64,000 nucleotides of DNA. It comes from Nemertoderma westbladi. Lineage: Eukaryota > Animalia > Xenacoelomorpha. Position numbers and translations under genes: made by a program. The stretch lies in NCBI GenBank assembly GCA_032718475.1, contig JAUCBJ010000825.1, forward strand, positions 26,301 to 90,300. Direction: 5' to 3'. How positions within the stretch are numbered: the first letter of the stretch is position 1; every line of letters starts with the position of its first letter. Positions 11,816-24,916 of this stretch are shown one piece after another. The notes under the pieces are model-generated. The model saw nothing but the letters and a program-made list of their open reading frames with translations. It had not been told where the DNA came from and did no database searches.

Positions 11816-12512
11816 CCAGGACACCATTTTATGAATACCACTTAGTCGGTGACTGGACTAGAACCGTGTAAGGACCGACCTAACAAAGTCGGAACCTTAA
11901 TTAAGGACTGGACCTAAAACACTGTCCTAACTCTGGGACCAGACCTAGTTATGGATACCAGGGATGATGTGTCTTATTGAGTGAAATAAACCTGAATAAT
12001 GTCGAGTTGTATTGCTCTTTATATATTTATATAATTATATTCGATTTTAATAAAGTAGCTCTGCATTTCACTCCGGCCGAGTGGTAATATTTCCACGAAC
12101 GAGTGCAAACGAGTGAGTGAAATATAAAACGAGAGCCTGAAAGTGAAATACGCGGTACAGTACAGGTAGCGTATGCTGTACGTAGCCTACAAGCTGAATA
12201 AGTAGGCTTACTAGTGTAGGCAGCGACAGATTGAGTTACTGTTAGGCCTACCTCACCGTCACCGTATAATACGGTACAATCATACTGAAAGAATCATACT
12301 GTTACTTTATTTCTCGTCGTGATATATAACACCCCATAACCTAACATTGAGTTTACTTTCTTTATTTCCGAGCGTATTTCACTCCGAATTGAATATAAAA
12401 CTGATTTATTAATTAGTTTATTACTTTTGTAATTAAACTGCTATGAAACTCGACTATATCGACATTATTTAGCTACTTTTAATCCATCTAACTAATTATA
12501 TTTGACCCGCAG

Positions 12513-12674
12513 TTGTTCAACTATTTCAACGGCAACGTAACCCATGTCGGAGTCGGCCATTCTTCCGAAATAAACAGAGTTAAAGTTTCCCCGGATATGA
12601 AGTACGTCGTTTCTGTTAGCGCCGATGGGGGAATCATTAAATGGAAGTTCCCCAAATTTGAGAGCAGCAGTTAA
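12513..12674 (+). CDS. CFAP52: CFAP52 terminal exon
   Basis: cgcAG|TTGTTC...; LFNYFNGNVTHVGVGHSSEINRVKVSPDMKYVVSVSADGGIIKWKFPKFESSS*, matching the CFAP52 C-terminus VTHVGVGHS...VSVSADG. Confidence 0.95.
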   Translation: MFNYFNGNVTHVGVGHSSEINRVKVSPDMKYVVSVSADGGIIKWKFPKFESSS

Positions 12675-12748
12675 AGTCGTAAGAGAAACTCTGGAATCAC
12701 TCAACTTGGATGTGGATAGTGTTACATACCATGTCGCACCGATAAATG

Positions 12749-12754
12749 AATAAA
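12749..12754 (+). promoter_or_regulatory. Polyadenylation signal AATAAA of CFAP52
   Basis: About 75 nt after the stop, followed by a GT/T-rich tract. Confidence 0.65.
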
Positions 12755-13086
12755 GCGTTGTTTTGTACATTAGGTGAACAACTATATTGACTATAATACG
12801 TTATGTACTTTTTCTACAGTAACGGTAAACTAATTACTTGTTATCGCAAATGTATTTATTAATTCTTTTGATAAATTTTGTATGAGATGACAATATTATT
12901 TATTAACTTAAACAATAAACGAGAGATTTGAGTATTATAAAAAATCAAATTAATTTAGAATTCATCGAAATGATAAACTATAGAAACGATCACCCGCAGC
13001 CTGAGGTGTTCGGCAGCTGATCGCCTCATTGGTTGGAAGGCTCTCTTTGAAAATCTAAACAATGACAGGGTATTCATTGCCTTTTA

Positions 13087-13212
13087 CCTGGGTCTGTACT
13101 ACTACTAAAGCACCCCCCAACCTGGGTCTGTACTACTACTACTACTAAAGCACCCCCCAACCTGGGTCTGCTACTACTACTACTACTAAAGCACCCCCCA
13201 ACCTGGGTCTGC
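13087..13212. repeat. Short array (~3.5 units, 32-41 bp) with variable (TAC)n core
   Basis: cctgggtctg(tac)n taaagcaccccccaa repeated. Confidence 0.85.
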
Positions 13213-15068
13213 ACTCCACGATAGATATACCCATTATTGGTTGGCGTTATCTCCTTTGCCGAAGTCTGGGCTGCAGAAAATATCATTAAGACCATTCGTG
13301 CAAGTGGAGTAGGCCTAGATAGGTAGTGTTCGGATATGAAAATAAATAAGATGGTTTTGGTGAATGTTCCCAAGTAGGGTAACCTGATACTCTATGGATC
13401 TTTTCGTAGAATCTCGGTTACTGTGACACACCCAGACACACCGATATTATAATAGTATAGTCAATAAATGATAATTGTTGCATTCGAATTAAAAGATACA
13501 CAGAACCGTAGCGTAAATGCACTAAAGTTACAATAAGTATAATTATAGTTGAATATAAAGCACAGCGTAATAAGAATAATAAACGCCGTGCCTTGTATTC
13601 TTGTATTCTTGTATATATATTTAGTGATTTAAAATTCACACGGTAGAACTCGTAGAGCACACCAAATTAAGTATATAAACCTAAAAACTACAGTATATCA
13701 AATAATTAAGTACGGGCCTACAGTTGTAAAAATTACGCAAATAAGGCACAAAATGCACATAACTAATAATGAGAAGAAAAAAAACATTATAGTAAAAATA
13801 TACATTGTATACAAATTGTGCAAAAACTGGCTAATTCTTCTGTTTAAATGGACAATTCAATGAAAGAAATGTAGTCCATTTAATTTATTTGAATACTTGT
13901 ACCTTAGTTAGGGAGTTTGACTGGATAGGTCTCGAGTCAGTGTATCCAGGCGAGCCGGGACAATCTGGGACGGTGAAAAGATATGCATCAAGATGCTTTT
14001 TAAAAGTCTCCAGTGCGCAGCCTGTCAAGTCTCTTATATGTTTTGGGATGGTGTTAAATAATTTAGGTCCAATAACACAAAAACTGTTGTCTATAAGAGA
14101 GGAGACGCGACATGTAGCCTTACTTGCAAGGGACGGTATGGTACAAAGTCGACCTCTGCGGATGTTTTTTGTAGATTTAATTTTATAGGTTAAATCTGAA
14201 ATATTTGGAACTCTATTTTCGATAATTTTCCATGTATATATTATTATATACCTTTCTCTCCTCCGCTCGAGCGAATATAACCGTAACATTTTCAAGCGTT
14301 CCCAATAATTTATGTCCTTCATTCCAAACTATGCGGCGGGTGTAGGCCCGTTGTACATTTTCAATTTTTTGGATATCAGCTACAGTAGCTGGGTTCCACA
14401 ACTGGCAGCAATATTCGAGTCTTCGACGGACGAGAGAATTAAAAAGCGTAACCATGGGGATTACATTACGGGTTGTAAATGTCCTTAGTATCCAGCCACA
14501 TAACTGAGATCCGGTTTTACAAATGTTGGTGATATGTAATGAAAAACGCCCTTTATCACTGATGGTCACACCTAGATCTTTAGTTGCATGATCTGAAGTT
14601 ATTATCAAATGGTCGCCAGTAGAATTTATATAAGTGTAGCTATTGTGTGGATGAGATTTGGGTTTGTTGCTGTAGTGCAGATGCTCAAATTTGTCACCAT
14701 GCAGATGCATATTGTTATTTACAGCCCAATCATATATTGTATTCAAATCTCTTTGTAGATTATTGTCATCATTGTTAAGAGATGGAGCAGTTACTCTTGT
14801 GTCGTCAGCAAATGATGATAATTTTATTGTTTGTGTTAGTGTTAATGTCCCCAACCATAATAAGGAACAGTAGGGGTCCAAGTACCGTTCCTTGTGGAAC
14901 CCCGCTAAGGATGGGTTGGGGATGGGAACTGGCACCGTTTATTACAACTTTCTGGGACCGATTTGTTAGGAAGTTTACGAGCCACACTCTCAAACTACCG
15001 CTGATACCAAGTTTTTTTTAATTTTGTGAAGTAAGTTGCCGTGGTCTACCTTGTCAAATGCCTTGGCA

Positions 15069-16316
15069 CTACTACTAGGATCGGCATGCTGCATTGCAGC
15101 TGCATTTATAAGAATGCTGTGCCGGCTTGTCAACAAAATTGCACCGCCACAACTCCCTATCACCCATGACATTTGCTAGATCATCCGCATCTTTAAGGCC
15201 AGTGTCCTTTAAGATGCGTCTCAAGAAAGTCATGGGCTGTCCACCATGCTTATTCACTCCATGAGGCTGCCAAAGTACAAGATTATGCACTGGCTGGTCC
15301 TCACGGCGAAAGCAATGTCCTGCAAAGCGGAGGCGATTTTGTTCTAGTGTCAAGCTTGGGGGAACCAATGAGACACCTCCAATGTTATATAGTGTCTGGT
15401 TGGAGATGTGTGCATTGTACTTGACACAATGTACCCGGCGTAGCATTCTTGTGAATGTGCCATCCAGAGATTTGGTGTCCTCAGCAGTTAGAGCCCAGCA
15501 TGGACTCCCGTAGAGGAGTACTGGAACTACTGCTGCTCTAAATAATCGGACCTTAAGTTTCCGATTAATTCTAGGTGACTTCCAAATCCTGGAAAGCCTA
15601 TTCAAGGCTGCCCATGCCTTTCCCTTACGTATTCGAAGGTCCTCCTCACCTGACTTCCGGATCCATGATCCCAGGTAACAGAAGTCGTCCACATGCTCAA
15701 GCATACCATCCTTTGAGCTTATGCTCATCCGATCAGAGACTTGCTGAGGACTTTCAAAGTTAACTGTCAGAATTTTGGTCTTTCTGGAGTTAATAAAAAG
15801 ACCAACACTAGAAGCAGCATGTTCTAATGAGCTGAGGAGCCGCTGGGCTCCCTCTAATGATTCTGAGAGTACTCCTAAGTCATCAGCAAAGTCTAGATCA
15901 GTTAGGTACTTGGCTGGATTTCCTCGACTTCTGGAGCCAGTAGGTGGAGTTATCATCACCCCATCATCATTATGATGATCTAAGGACATCCGTAGAACAT
16001 AGTCAACCACAATAATGAACAAGAATGGTGCAAGTGTGTCTCCTTGGAGGACGCCCCATAACACTTCAAATGGTTCTGTGTCACCGTCAACAGTAGACAC
16101 AAATGTTGTCGAACCATCGTATACTGATCTGATTGCTGCAATAATTTCATCAGGAATCCCATATAATGAAAGTATGCTGAACATACGTGAGCGAAAGACT
16201 GAATCAAAGGCCTTGAAGAAGTCAACAAAGATAACAGCCAGATGCCTGTCTTTCTTTTTTGATAACTCTTCAATTATCCTTCTAAGTGCCAAAATGGGCT
16301 CCATGGTCCCACGACC
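15069..16316 (-). mobile_element. 5'-truncated RTE-clade LINE inserted in the CR1-group RT
   Basis: ORF with VDFFKAFDS, GVLQGDTLAPFLF, DFADD, LRFAGHCFR; (TAG)n tail; TGGCA duplicated at 15064-15068 and 16317-16321; splits the host YLDFA|KAFD motif. Confidence 0.93.
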
Positions 16317-16460
16317 TGGCAAAGTCAAGGTAGATCACATCGGCTCCTTCACCCGTTACCAGCAAGTCTAGAATGTATGTGTAATGGTCTAGTAGTTGGT
16401 AAAGACAAGAACGCCAGGCCCGGAAGGCATGCTGAGTCACAAAGGAGGTTATTTATCTCC

Positions 16461-17592
16461 TGTAAAGGCTTTTGCGGAATTAGCCGGTTATTTTCCCCGT
16501 AAAGTACTCTGTAGTTGGTTTAACAGGCATAAAAGGCCGTGTCCTTACTGTACTGGTGTTTTAGAGGACATAAAAGCCATTTCTTCTGTATGTGTACTTT
16601 AACGGACATAATTAGCAATTCTATGACGCAATACGCCAGATCCTCTTGAAACAGTGTAGCTACCATGACGACGGCTAACAGCTGATGCTGTACACGTGGA
16701 GCTTGTTCTTTGTTCTCTGTTCCTTCTTTGTTCGGTCGACCAATCAGAGCGTTTTTTGCTTCTGTGTTGGAGATTGTATATAGAAACTCGTGGAGTTGAG
16801 TCAGTATGTGATTTTGTCCACAGCCTACAACACCGGCTTTGGAACCTCCGTGTTTCAGTCTTTAGCCCAACATTAGTAGGCTTAATTATAGAACGTATAT
16901 CTGTTATCTGCATTCATAACCATTCATACCTTAAACTTTGTACTGCTATTTACTGTCGGTTATTCATTATATTTGTTGATGGAATATTATATTTGGAATA
17001 CTGATAAATAATCAGACACCCCAATCTTCTTGATATACTCAAGGTTAGAGAGACCGGTTACATATAACGATTGCGACTTACATTAAGTGGTTTGAAGTGA
17101 ATCTAATGCTATTTCATAAGCCCTACATGAATTGTCTGTTGTTCTCTTTATATGTGACTAAAATTAGTGAAAGTCGGCAGATTAGTGTGCAGTATTGTGT
17201 ATGATTGTGACTGATAACAAAGCATCTCCTAAAGAATGCGCCATATACGTGAATCTATAGCCATCCCGTTGTGTCTAGTTTAAGTCATAACTCTGTTTAC
17301 ATATTTAGAGCGCCACGTCCTAAAGGAACTGTTAATATTTCCCGAAAGTGAATAATATTTGTCAGAGATTATATATTACGATCAGTCGAATAATACAGTA
17401 GGCCTACCCCGCAATACGGTTAGGCTTCCGAATCCAGTCTCCCGGGTATATCCAGCGGGTGAATGATCGCGCATAGACTGGCTTCGGCTAATGTATTGTA
17501 TCAAATACTTGTCATAGGCTAAAGACGATCTATTATCTAAAAGACATCCCAATTTCGCAGGTTAAACTGCTAAAGGTCTGAAAGCGCGAACA
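16461..17592 (+). mobile_element. Solo LTR related to the BEL/Pao LTRs downstream
   Basis: TG...CA termini; 5-bp TSD TCTCC (16456-16460, 17593-17597); 3' half similar to 26970-27594; host LINE frame (VEYLE|INNLL) resumes across it. Confidence 0.9.
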
Positions 17593-19835
17593 TCTCCAGA
17601 TATTCTACTAGTCTCCACCTTACTAAACGTTCAAGGGTCTTTGAGAGGATGGATGTAAGACTTACTGGTCGATAATTAATTGGCTCCAGTCGAGATCCTT
17701 TCTTAAATATTGGGGTAATATGTCCAAAATTAAAAGTAGATGGAAATATACCAGATGATAATGATTCCTGATAGATTATAGAGAGGGGATGGGCCAATTC
17801 ATTCTTCCTTTACATGATTTGAGTAGAAGAGCTGGAATACCATCAGTACCTGCCGATGAGGCTGCACATTGCTTATCAATAGCCATGATAATAAGTTCTA
17901 ATGTAATCGGGACATCAGTTAGTTTGGTATCTTGATCGACTTTAAAGAACTCTGAGGGTGAGTAGACCCTACGAGCTGTAATTTGATTGGAAAAAACTGA
18001 TTGGTATTGTTCGTGTAAAGTTTCACAAACATCAACGGTATTAGAAACTATTTTGCCGTTGATAACAAAAGGACCAACATTTACTTTATCCTTACGTTTC
18101 GTGTTAGCAAAGGAAAAAAATAATTTCGGATTTACTTTGATCTTATTCACGGCATTAATTTCGTTCCTTTTTGATTCATGCAGGCGAGATAGATGTAACT
18201 CTGAATCGAGTTTAGTCAAATCGGATTTTAATTTGGCTATTTTCACACTTTCACACAACTTTGTTCGTTTTTTAAATAATGACCGTCTGTCTAAGGGAAT
18301 TTTTGCTTTGGAATTTGGTTTTCTCGGTGGAACGTTACTTTCGCAAATAGATTCTAAATTTTGTAACAAAATTTCAACTTTTTGGACCAACGTTTTATCT
18401 CGAAATAATTCTGACCAATCTGTTTCTTTAATTTCTGATTTCACAGATATCCAATCAGTTTTTTCAGAAATAAAGTTCAGGTTCTTAAAAGCTTGCACCG
18501 GTGTACGTTATTGCGTTCTATATTTTGTTGTGTGTTTGCTTCTATTGTACTCGTGAAAATTTGTACAACATTGTGGTCTGAATAATTGGTACCATATACA
18601 TTTACTTTGTCTATGTAGTCTAAATCGTTGGTAATAAGTAGATCGATGGTACTGTTCAAGCGGGTTGGTTTGTCAAAGACCTGGGTCATAATCCAGCGTG
18701 ACATTAATCCAAGCAATGCATTGCCCTGATAATTTATAGATGCTATTGGAGAGTGAGATGAAAAAGTGTCCCTGCCCCAAGAAATGTTGGGAAAATTAAA
18801 GTCCCCAGAGATTAGGAGTCTCTACTATTGAAATTTTCGCATTCAATAATATTTTCAACCCTATTTAAACACTCCTTAAATAATTCTATTTCACAGGAAG
18901 GAGGCCGATATACTACAAATACTAGGGTATCACTACACTGAAAATGAACAGCCAAGAATTCACAAACAGTATTTGAGTATTTTTCGATTATTGTGAAAAC
19001 AATATTATCATTTATATATATACCGGCACCTCCTTTGGCTCTAGAATCCCTGTCAGCCCTAACTAAGGTATAGCCTGGTACTTTTAATTCAGCATCCAAA
19101 AACTTACTATTTAAATGGGTTTCGGTTAGGGCAATAAATTGGGGAGAAGAACTAGCCAAGTCCTGAATATGTGGTACTTTAGATGGCTGGCCTTGAAAAT
19201 GTAGCCCTTGGATATTTAGTACAATAAAATGTTGATTAATATTATTTTGATAACAATTCGTGTAGCTAGAAAAATTGCCATCACTGAGCCCTTTTTGGTT
19301 ACTACTATTAGTAGTAGTAAGAGTATTACTACTACTAATATTAGTGTTAGTAGAACCGGTAGTAAGAGTATTACTACTACTAATATTAGTATTAGGTAGA
19401 ACCGGTAGTAAGATTAGTATTACTTGGAGCACAATTGAAATTATTCGTGTAGCCCTGGCTCTTAATATTATGTAAATTGGTAAAATTTGCATTTATATTT
19501 TCCTTAGGGGAAGAACCAACAGCGTTTTGCATTTTGGCTTCATTATTATTCAATTCAAAGTTATTAATATGAGTGCGAAAATTATTATTGGCGCTCATTC
19601 CTCTATGAAAAATGGTATCCCCAAAATTATTTACATAACTGTAAGGGTTTGGGTTGGATACCGGTACTATATGAACCTGGCCCGACTGGGCAAAACCTTG
19701 CATTTGTTGTGTGTTGTGGACACTCGGTTGCTGAGTATAGTATTGTGTTTGGGTTTGAGGTGGGGATGCAGCTGCCTGGGGCTGTAGCTGCACCAACTGC
19801 TGAAGTTGGTGAGAGAACTGGCGGTGCATTCCCAG

Positions 19836-20062
19836 GCGTTACGCTGTGCCGACATTGTCGGCGTTACGTTATGGCGACAGTGTCGGCGTTACGTTATGCC
19901 GGCACTATCGGCGTTACGTTATGGCGACAGTGTCGGCGTTACGTTATGCCGACAGTGTCGGCGTTACGTTGTGCCGACATTGTCGGCGTTACGTTATGCC
20001 GACAGTGTCGGCGTTACGTTATTGCGACAGTGTCGGCGTTACGTTATGCCGGCACTATCGCA
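19836..20062. repeat. 25-bp minisatellite (~9 units) with internal palindrome
   Basis: gcgttacgttatgccgacagtgtcg; tandem units form GCCGACA-G-TGTCGGC hairpins. Confidence 0.9.
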
Positions 20063-20066
20063 CTAT

Positions 20067-20808
20067 TCGTTCTAGTGTCAAGCTTGGGGGAACCAATGAA
20101 ACACCTCCAATGTTATATAGTGTCTGGTTGGAGATGTGTGCATTGTACTTGACACAATGAACCCGGCGTATCAATCTTGTGAATGTTCCATCCAAAGATT
20201 CGGTGTCCTCAGCAGTTAGAGCCCAGCATGGACTCCCATAGAGGAGTACTGGAACTACTGCTGCTCTAAATAATCGGACCTTAAGATTCCGATTAATTCT
20301 CGGTGACTTCCAAATCCTGGAAAGCCTATTCAAGGCTGCCCATGCCTTTCCCTTACGTATTCGAAGGTCCTCATCTGACTTCCGGATCCATGATCCCAGG
20401 TAACAGAAGTCGTCCACATGCTCAAGCATACCATCTTATGCTCATCCGGTCAGAGACTTGCTGAGGACTTTCAAAGTTAACTGTCAGAATTTTGGTCTTT
20501 CTGGAGTTAATAAAAAGACCAACACTAGAAGCAGGATGTTCTAATGAGCGGAGGAGCCGTTGGGCTCCCTCTAGTGATTCTGAGAGTACTCGTAAGTCAT
20601 CAGCAAAGTCTAGATCAGTTAGGTACTTGGCAGGATTTCCTCGACTTCTGGAGCCAGTAGGTGGAGTTATCATCACCCCGTCATCATTATGATGATCTAA
20701 GGACATGCGTAGAACATAGTCAACCACAATTATGAACAAGAATGGTGCAAGTTTGTCTCCTTGGAGGACGCCCCATAATACTTCGAATGGTTCTGTGTCA
20801 CCATCGAA
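20067..20808 (-). mobile_element. RTE LINE internal fragment
   Basis: Near-identical to about 15340-16090 with small indels. Confidence 0.9.
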
Positions 20809-21251
20809 CGTTGATAATGCTGTTTGCAATTGCAAATTCGGTAGATTTCTGTGAGTAAATGTTTCGCCGACAGCAGACAACCGGCCATTTAAAATGGAAA
20901 TCAACACAAAATTGGTCTGTTGGTAAATATGTTGATAAAATGCAGACAAATGCTGCCGTACGTGATTAACAGATTGGTAATCAGACAATTAAGTTCAATA
21001 AGTTTTTTAAGCCCTTGGCCTCTTTATGATGGTAGATAACTTAAGACAACTCAATTTTTAAATCGGTATCTAATGTTTGTCGCTTGGATTGTGTTTCTAG
21101 ACTACGAGATATACAATTCACTGAGACTTGGTTATAAACGTACTACTACTGGTGGGTGGCCTTGACGGAACAGATGATCTATCTAATATCATGGGTGATA
21201 GCGATAGGGAGTAGGAGTAGATTAGTAGAGGAGTAGAGTAGAGTAATATAT

Positions 21252-21290
21252 ATGCAGCTGCAATGCAGCATGTCGATAGTAGTTAGTAGT
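21252..21290 (+). mobile_element. RTE 3'-terminal stub
   Basis: atgcagctgcaatgcagcatgtcgatagtag matches the RTE 3' end and tail. Confidence 0.6.
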
Positions 21291-21530
21291 TTTAACCCTG
21301 ACGTTTATTTATAAACGGTCCCCCATTGGGCAATGTGGTTTCTCTTCATTACCATTAACATTGGCGAGTATTCCAAACAAACTCACAGAACATTCTACAA
21401 AAATGTGAATTACGGATAACTAAAGGAAATCAAATGAAAAAGTTTTAAATTATTTAAAATTTAATTAAAAAAATTCCAGAAATATTACACGATTTAGAAA
21501 CTGATAATTATTATTGCATCAAAAATGTAA

Positions 21531-23756
21531 TCAAGGCCAGTTCAGAGTGTTCCTATTGTTGTAGGCAGAATATTCGCACTCAAGGTCCATGAGGGTGTGA
21601 TCCCGCTCCCTAAACTTCGAGTAATTCATCGTCTTACACCGCGACGGAACATCCTGCCAGGCGATGTAATCCGTCAGATTGTATCGGCGGGTTGGATCGA
21701 GTACCGGTAGGAAACGGTCGTAATTCGCACGAAACAACGGAATCGCGTAACCGAAGAGACAGAAGTAGCCCAGGTAGATAGCGCCCGCCGCGCCCAGCCA
21801 CATGGCGCGGCACCTGCGACGCACGCTAGCGGGAGCGTAACGACCAACCGCCGGGTCGCCGCGGAACATTGGGTTGCTGAAGACGCGAGCGAACACCGCG
21901 AAGTTGAGGAAGTAATCGCGGTAAGTCATGTGAACCGAAGGAGGAGGAATTCCTCGGAGGAGCAGCTGTTGGTAGAACATGTTTATATTGAGTTTCGTGT
22001 ACCACCGGAGATACGGTAAGCCAATCAGCAACCCGCCGAAACCGGCGCCGTATTTATCGAGGTCGCGCTTCGTCCAATGCGGGAAGGCGAGAGCAGTGGC
22101 GGCTATACCGACAGTGGGGGCGACGAATGCTGCGACAACGTAGTGACGGAGAACCGTCCGACGGTGGTGCAGACGAATCTGCCGAGAGTTGGTCGCCTCC
22201 GGTTGTGTGAGGGGCACCTTATAGCGGAGAGTCGGTGGGTCGTATGGGTTGAAAGGACGACTCAACCTGTAACGTACACCGGCAGTATTTTAAAAATTAT
22301 AAGTTAGGACAATTCCGACCCATTCAAAAATCTAATTAAATTTTCGTCCGGGTCGGAATTGATCGGGTCGGAATTGTCCGGGTCGGAATTGTCCGGGTCG
22401 GAATTGGCCGGGTCGGAATTGTCCGGGTCGGAATTGTCCGGGTCGGAATTGTCCGGATCGGAATTGTCCGGGTCGGAATTGTCCGGGTCGGAATTGTCCG
22501 GGTCGGAATTGTCCGGGTCGGAATTGTCCGGGTCGGAATTGTCGGGATCGGAATTGTCCTGGTCGGAATTGTCCGGGTCGGAATTGTCCGGGTCGGAATT
22601 GTCCGGGTCGGAATTGTCCGGGTCGGAATTGTCCGGGTCGGAATTGTCCGGGTCGGAATTGTCCGGGTCGGAATTGTCCGGGTCGGAATTGGCCGGGTCG
22701 GAATTGGCCGGGTCGGAATTGTCCGGGTCGGAATTGTCCGGGTCGGAATTGTCCGGATCGGAATTGTCCGGGTCGGAATTGTCCGGGTCGGAATTGTCCG
22801 TACACCTAAAAATTATTGACTCCAAGTGTTCCACTTACACGTCTAGAGTTGGACTTCTGTAGGTTCCGGGATATCTCGGCGTCACCAACTTCCAATCAAT
22901 CATCTGGGAGGCGATACCGTTGACAAATCCGTTGCTATAGAAACGTCTGTATAACCTATTGCATGTCTGCAACATGTGGGTAGACCAATAAACCGCCACG
23001 CAACTACCCAATGGGAGTAACCACTTGGAGTCCCACCAGCTTTTCCTGAATGTAATAAAACGATGTTTCAAACAGTAAGACTAAATTTCTAAGGAACTAC
23101 CCACCACTAACCTAATAATCAACAGTTTCTTAGTTACCGGTACCCGGTAGGCCTACTGTTAATAACTCGTTAGAGTTCTTACTTTATATTATTTATTATT
23201 ATTCAATTAACTGTATCACAATTATCTATTAATTTATTCGAAATACTGTAGATTGATGTTATAAAGTAGCCTAGCATATGCTTTATGACGCCATTCATTT
23301 TAATTATCAGTAAATACCGGTACTTATTAATTAACTGCAGAACTTCCTCATTGAGTTTTTATCGATAAAGATTACTGGATTACATTGATTCATTCATAGC
23401 GCACTATCATAGCGTTTATACGAGACAGAATTACGTAAAGAAGTTACCGGCAGACCGGTACAATACAGATTTCCTGGTTATAACAGTTGTTTTTTTTTTA
23501 TTAGAACCAACTAAACTAACATGCGACGGGTATCCTGCTCAGCTAGGAGAGCGGGCCAAGCGATCTGGTACTCGTGGAGTCTTCCATAGCGGGACACGGA
23601 ATAGGTTGACTCGACACCAGCCGAGTCCATCAACCGCTTAGCATCCTCCGACAGCCCTCCATCCTTCTCCGATCTAACTGTCCGATGGCGGCGGGATTTA
23701 AACATGGAACCCAGTTTCTTTATCACTCCCGGCTCGTTGTCTCCACTCGTTGCCAT
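21531..23756 (-). CDS. 3-exon gene for an uncharacterised ~392-aa protein with predicted membrane segments (exons 23756-23521, 23045-22839, 22266-21531)
   Basis: Canonical sites AT|GTTAGT, ttcAG|G, GT|GTAAGT, tacAG|G; both introns are phase 2 and join three ORFs in frame; hydrophobic stretches such as YVVAAFVAPTVGIAATALAF. Confidence 0.75.
22308..22800. repeat. 15-bp minisatellite (~30 units) in intron, with one inverted copy
   Basis: tccgggtcggaattg array at 22347-22800; inverted gacaattccgaccc at 22308-22321. Confidence 0.93.
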
Positions 23757-24017
23757 AACACCGTCCGTTTATAAAGTATAGGCCAGTAGGCCTATGGACT
23801 AAGTTTCGTAGGCTACTTAATTGATACCGGTCAGCCGGTAATATACTGATATATTTTACAAGGGCTGAAGGGTGAACAAACCTTATACTGTTATACAAAC
23901 ATATTCTAACAGTACCGGCTGACCGGTACCGCGTTAGTCTGTTAGTGTTCTGGTGTTGCGTGGATCATTATCAGAGTTTTCGGCAGTTTCTGAGTTTGGT
24001 GAAAAGTTCAATTCAGC

Positions 24018-24916
24018 CCAGGTTGGAATTCATGCATGAGCGCGCAGGTACGCTTTGTTGTTTTGAAATCACCGCGCACCTGAAATTGGCTCGTCGCGCG
24101 CACCTTATCATATGTCATAATCCAAACAAAATCGCGCAGCTCATGTCATGCATATCTAAAAAAATCGCACAGTTCATAAGAACAATTTTACATTCCTATT
24201 TTACAAGTTTGAGCATTTTAAGCTTATCTTTACGTCTGTCTGTCTGTACGTTGAATCTAGGCTTACATAATAAATGTAATTTTTGCAACATCAAAATTGT
24301 TAATATTAAAAAATATTTTTTTAATCCACTGCTATGGTGGCCCATCGGGCTCACTGCTTTTATAACAGAAAATATTATTTTAGATTACAAACAAAACATG
24401 TAATTTCAAAAAAAACGAATATTGAAATAGGTACCAGTCTGCCAATAATACTTTGTATAGGCCTACCTAACAATTAGGCTTAAACATACAGTTGGCTTAT
24501 AATTAAGTCATACTTATAATACATTGTTACTTTCTGACTTTACCTGTTTACTAACGTAACATCGGCATAGCATAGACCTAATAACAATACAACAATAGAG
24601 TACTGTAGTTAAAATAAATAGACAAATTCAGCTCCGGTTGCCGGTATTACAGTATTATGGTGAAGTGATTTGACTGTTTGAAGAATTGGAAATGAGAAAC
24701 AAATGCGAGCGTAGCGAGCGAAATTTTTTTGTGTATTTTCGTGATTTCAATTAATTTGTGGTGCGCATCAGAGGCAGAGCTGCGCGCTGAGGCGCAACGC
24801 GCACCTGTCTCACACCCGAACGCGCACCTGTCTCACCCAAACGCGCAACGCGCATCTGGTTTGCGGTCATTCGCGCAGGTACGCGTCCGAGTTTTGCAGC
24901 ATGAATTCCAACCTGG
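24018..24916. mobile_element. Non-autonomous DNA transposon with 8-bp TSD
   Basis: TIR CCAGGTTGGAATTCATGC / GCATGAATTCCAACCTGG; TSD AATTCAGC (24010-24017, 24917-24924); subterminal CGCGCA motifs. Confidence 0.9.

Larger units (their letters stand above)
13592..19835 (-). mobile_element. Degraded CR1-group (CR1/L2-like) LINE with APE endonuclease and RT, interrupted by two insertions
   Basis: APE motifs (LNIQGL, LTETHL, PTR..TIDL, SDHN); RT motifs NYRPVSLTS, YLDF|AKAFD, GVPQGTVLGPLLF, FADDT; C-terminal LYSLERRRERY; several frameshifts; possible (ATACAAGA)n tail near 13592. Outer boundaries are approximate. Confidence 0.88.

Noticed and set aside
22304-22862. (NSDPD)n / (SGSEL)n adhesin-like ORFs
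   Set aside because: 15-bp minisatellite open in several frames within a canonical intron.
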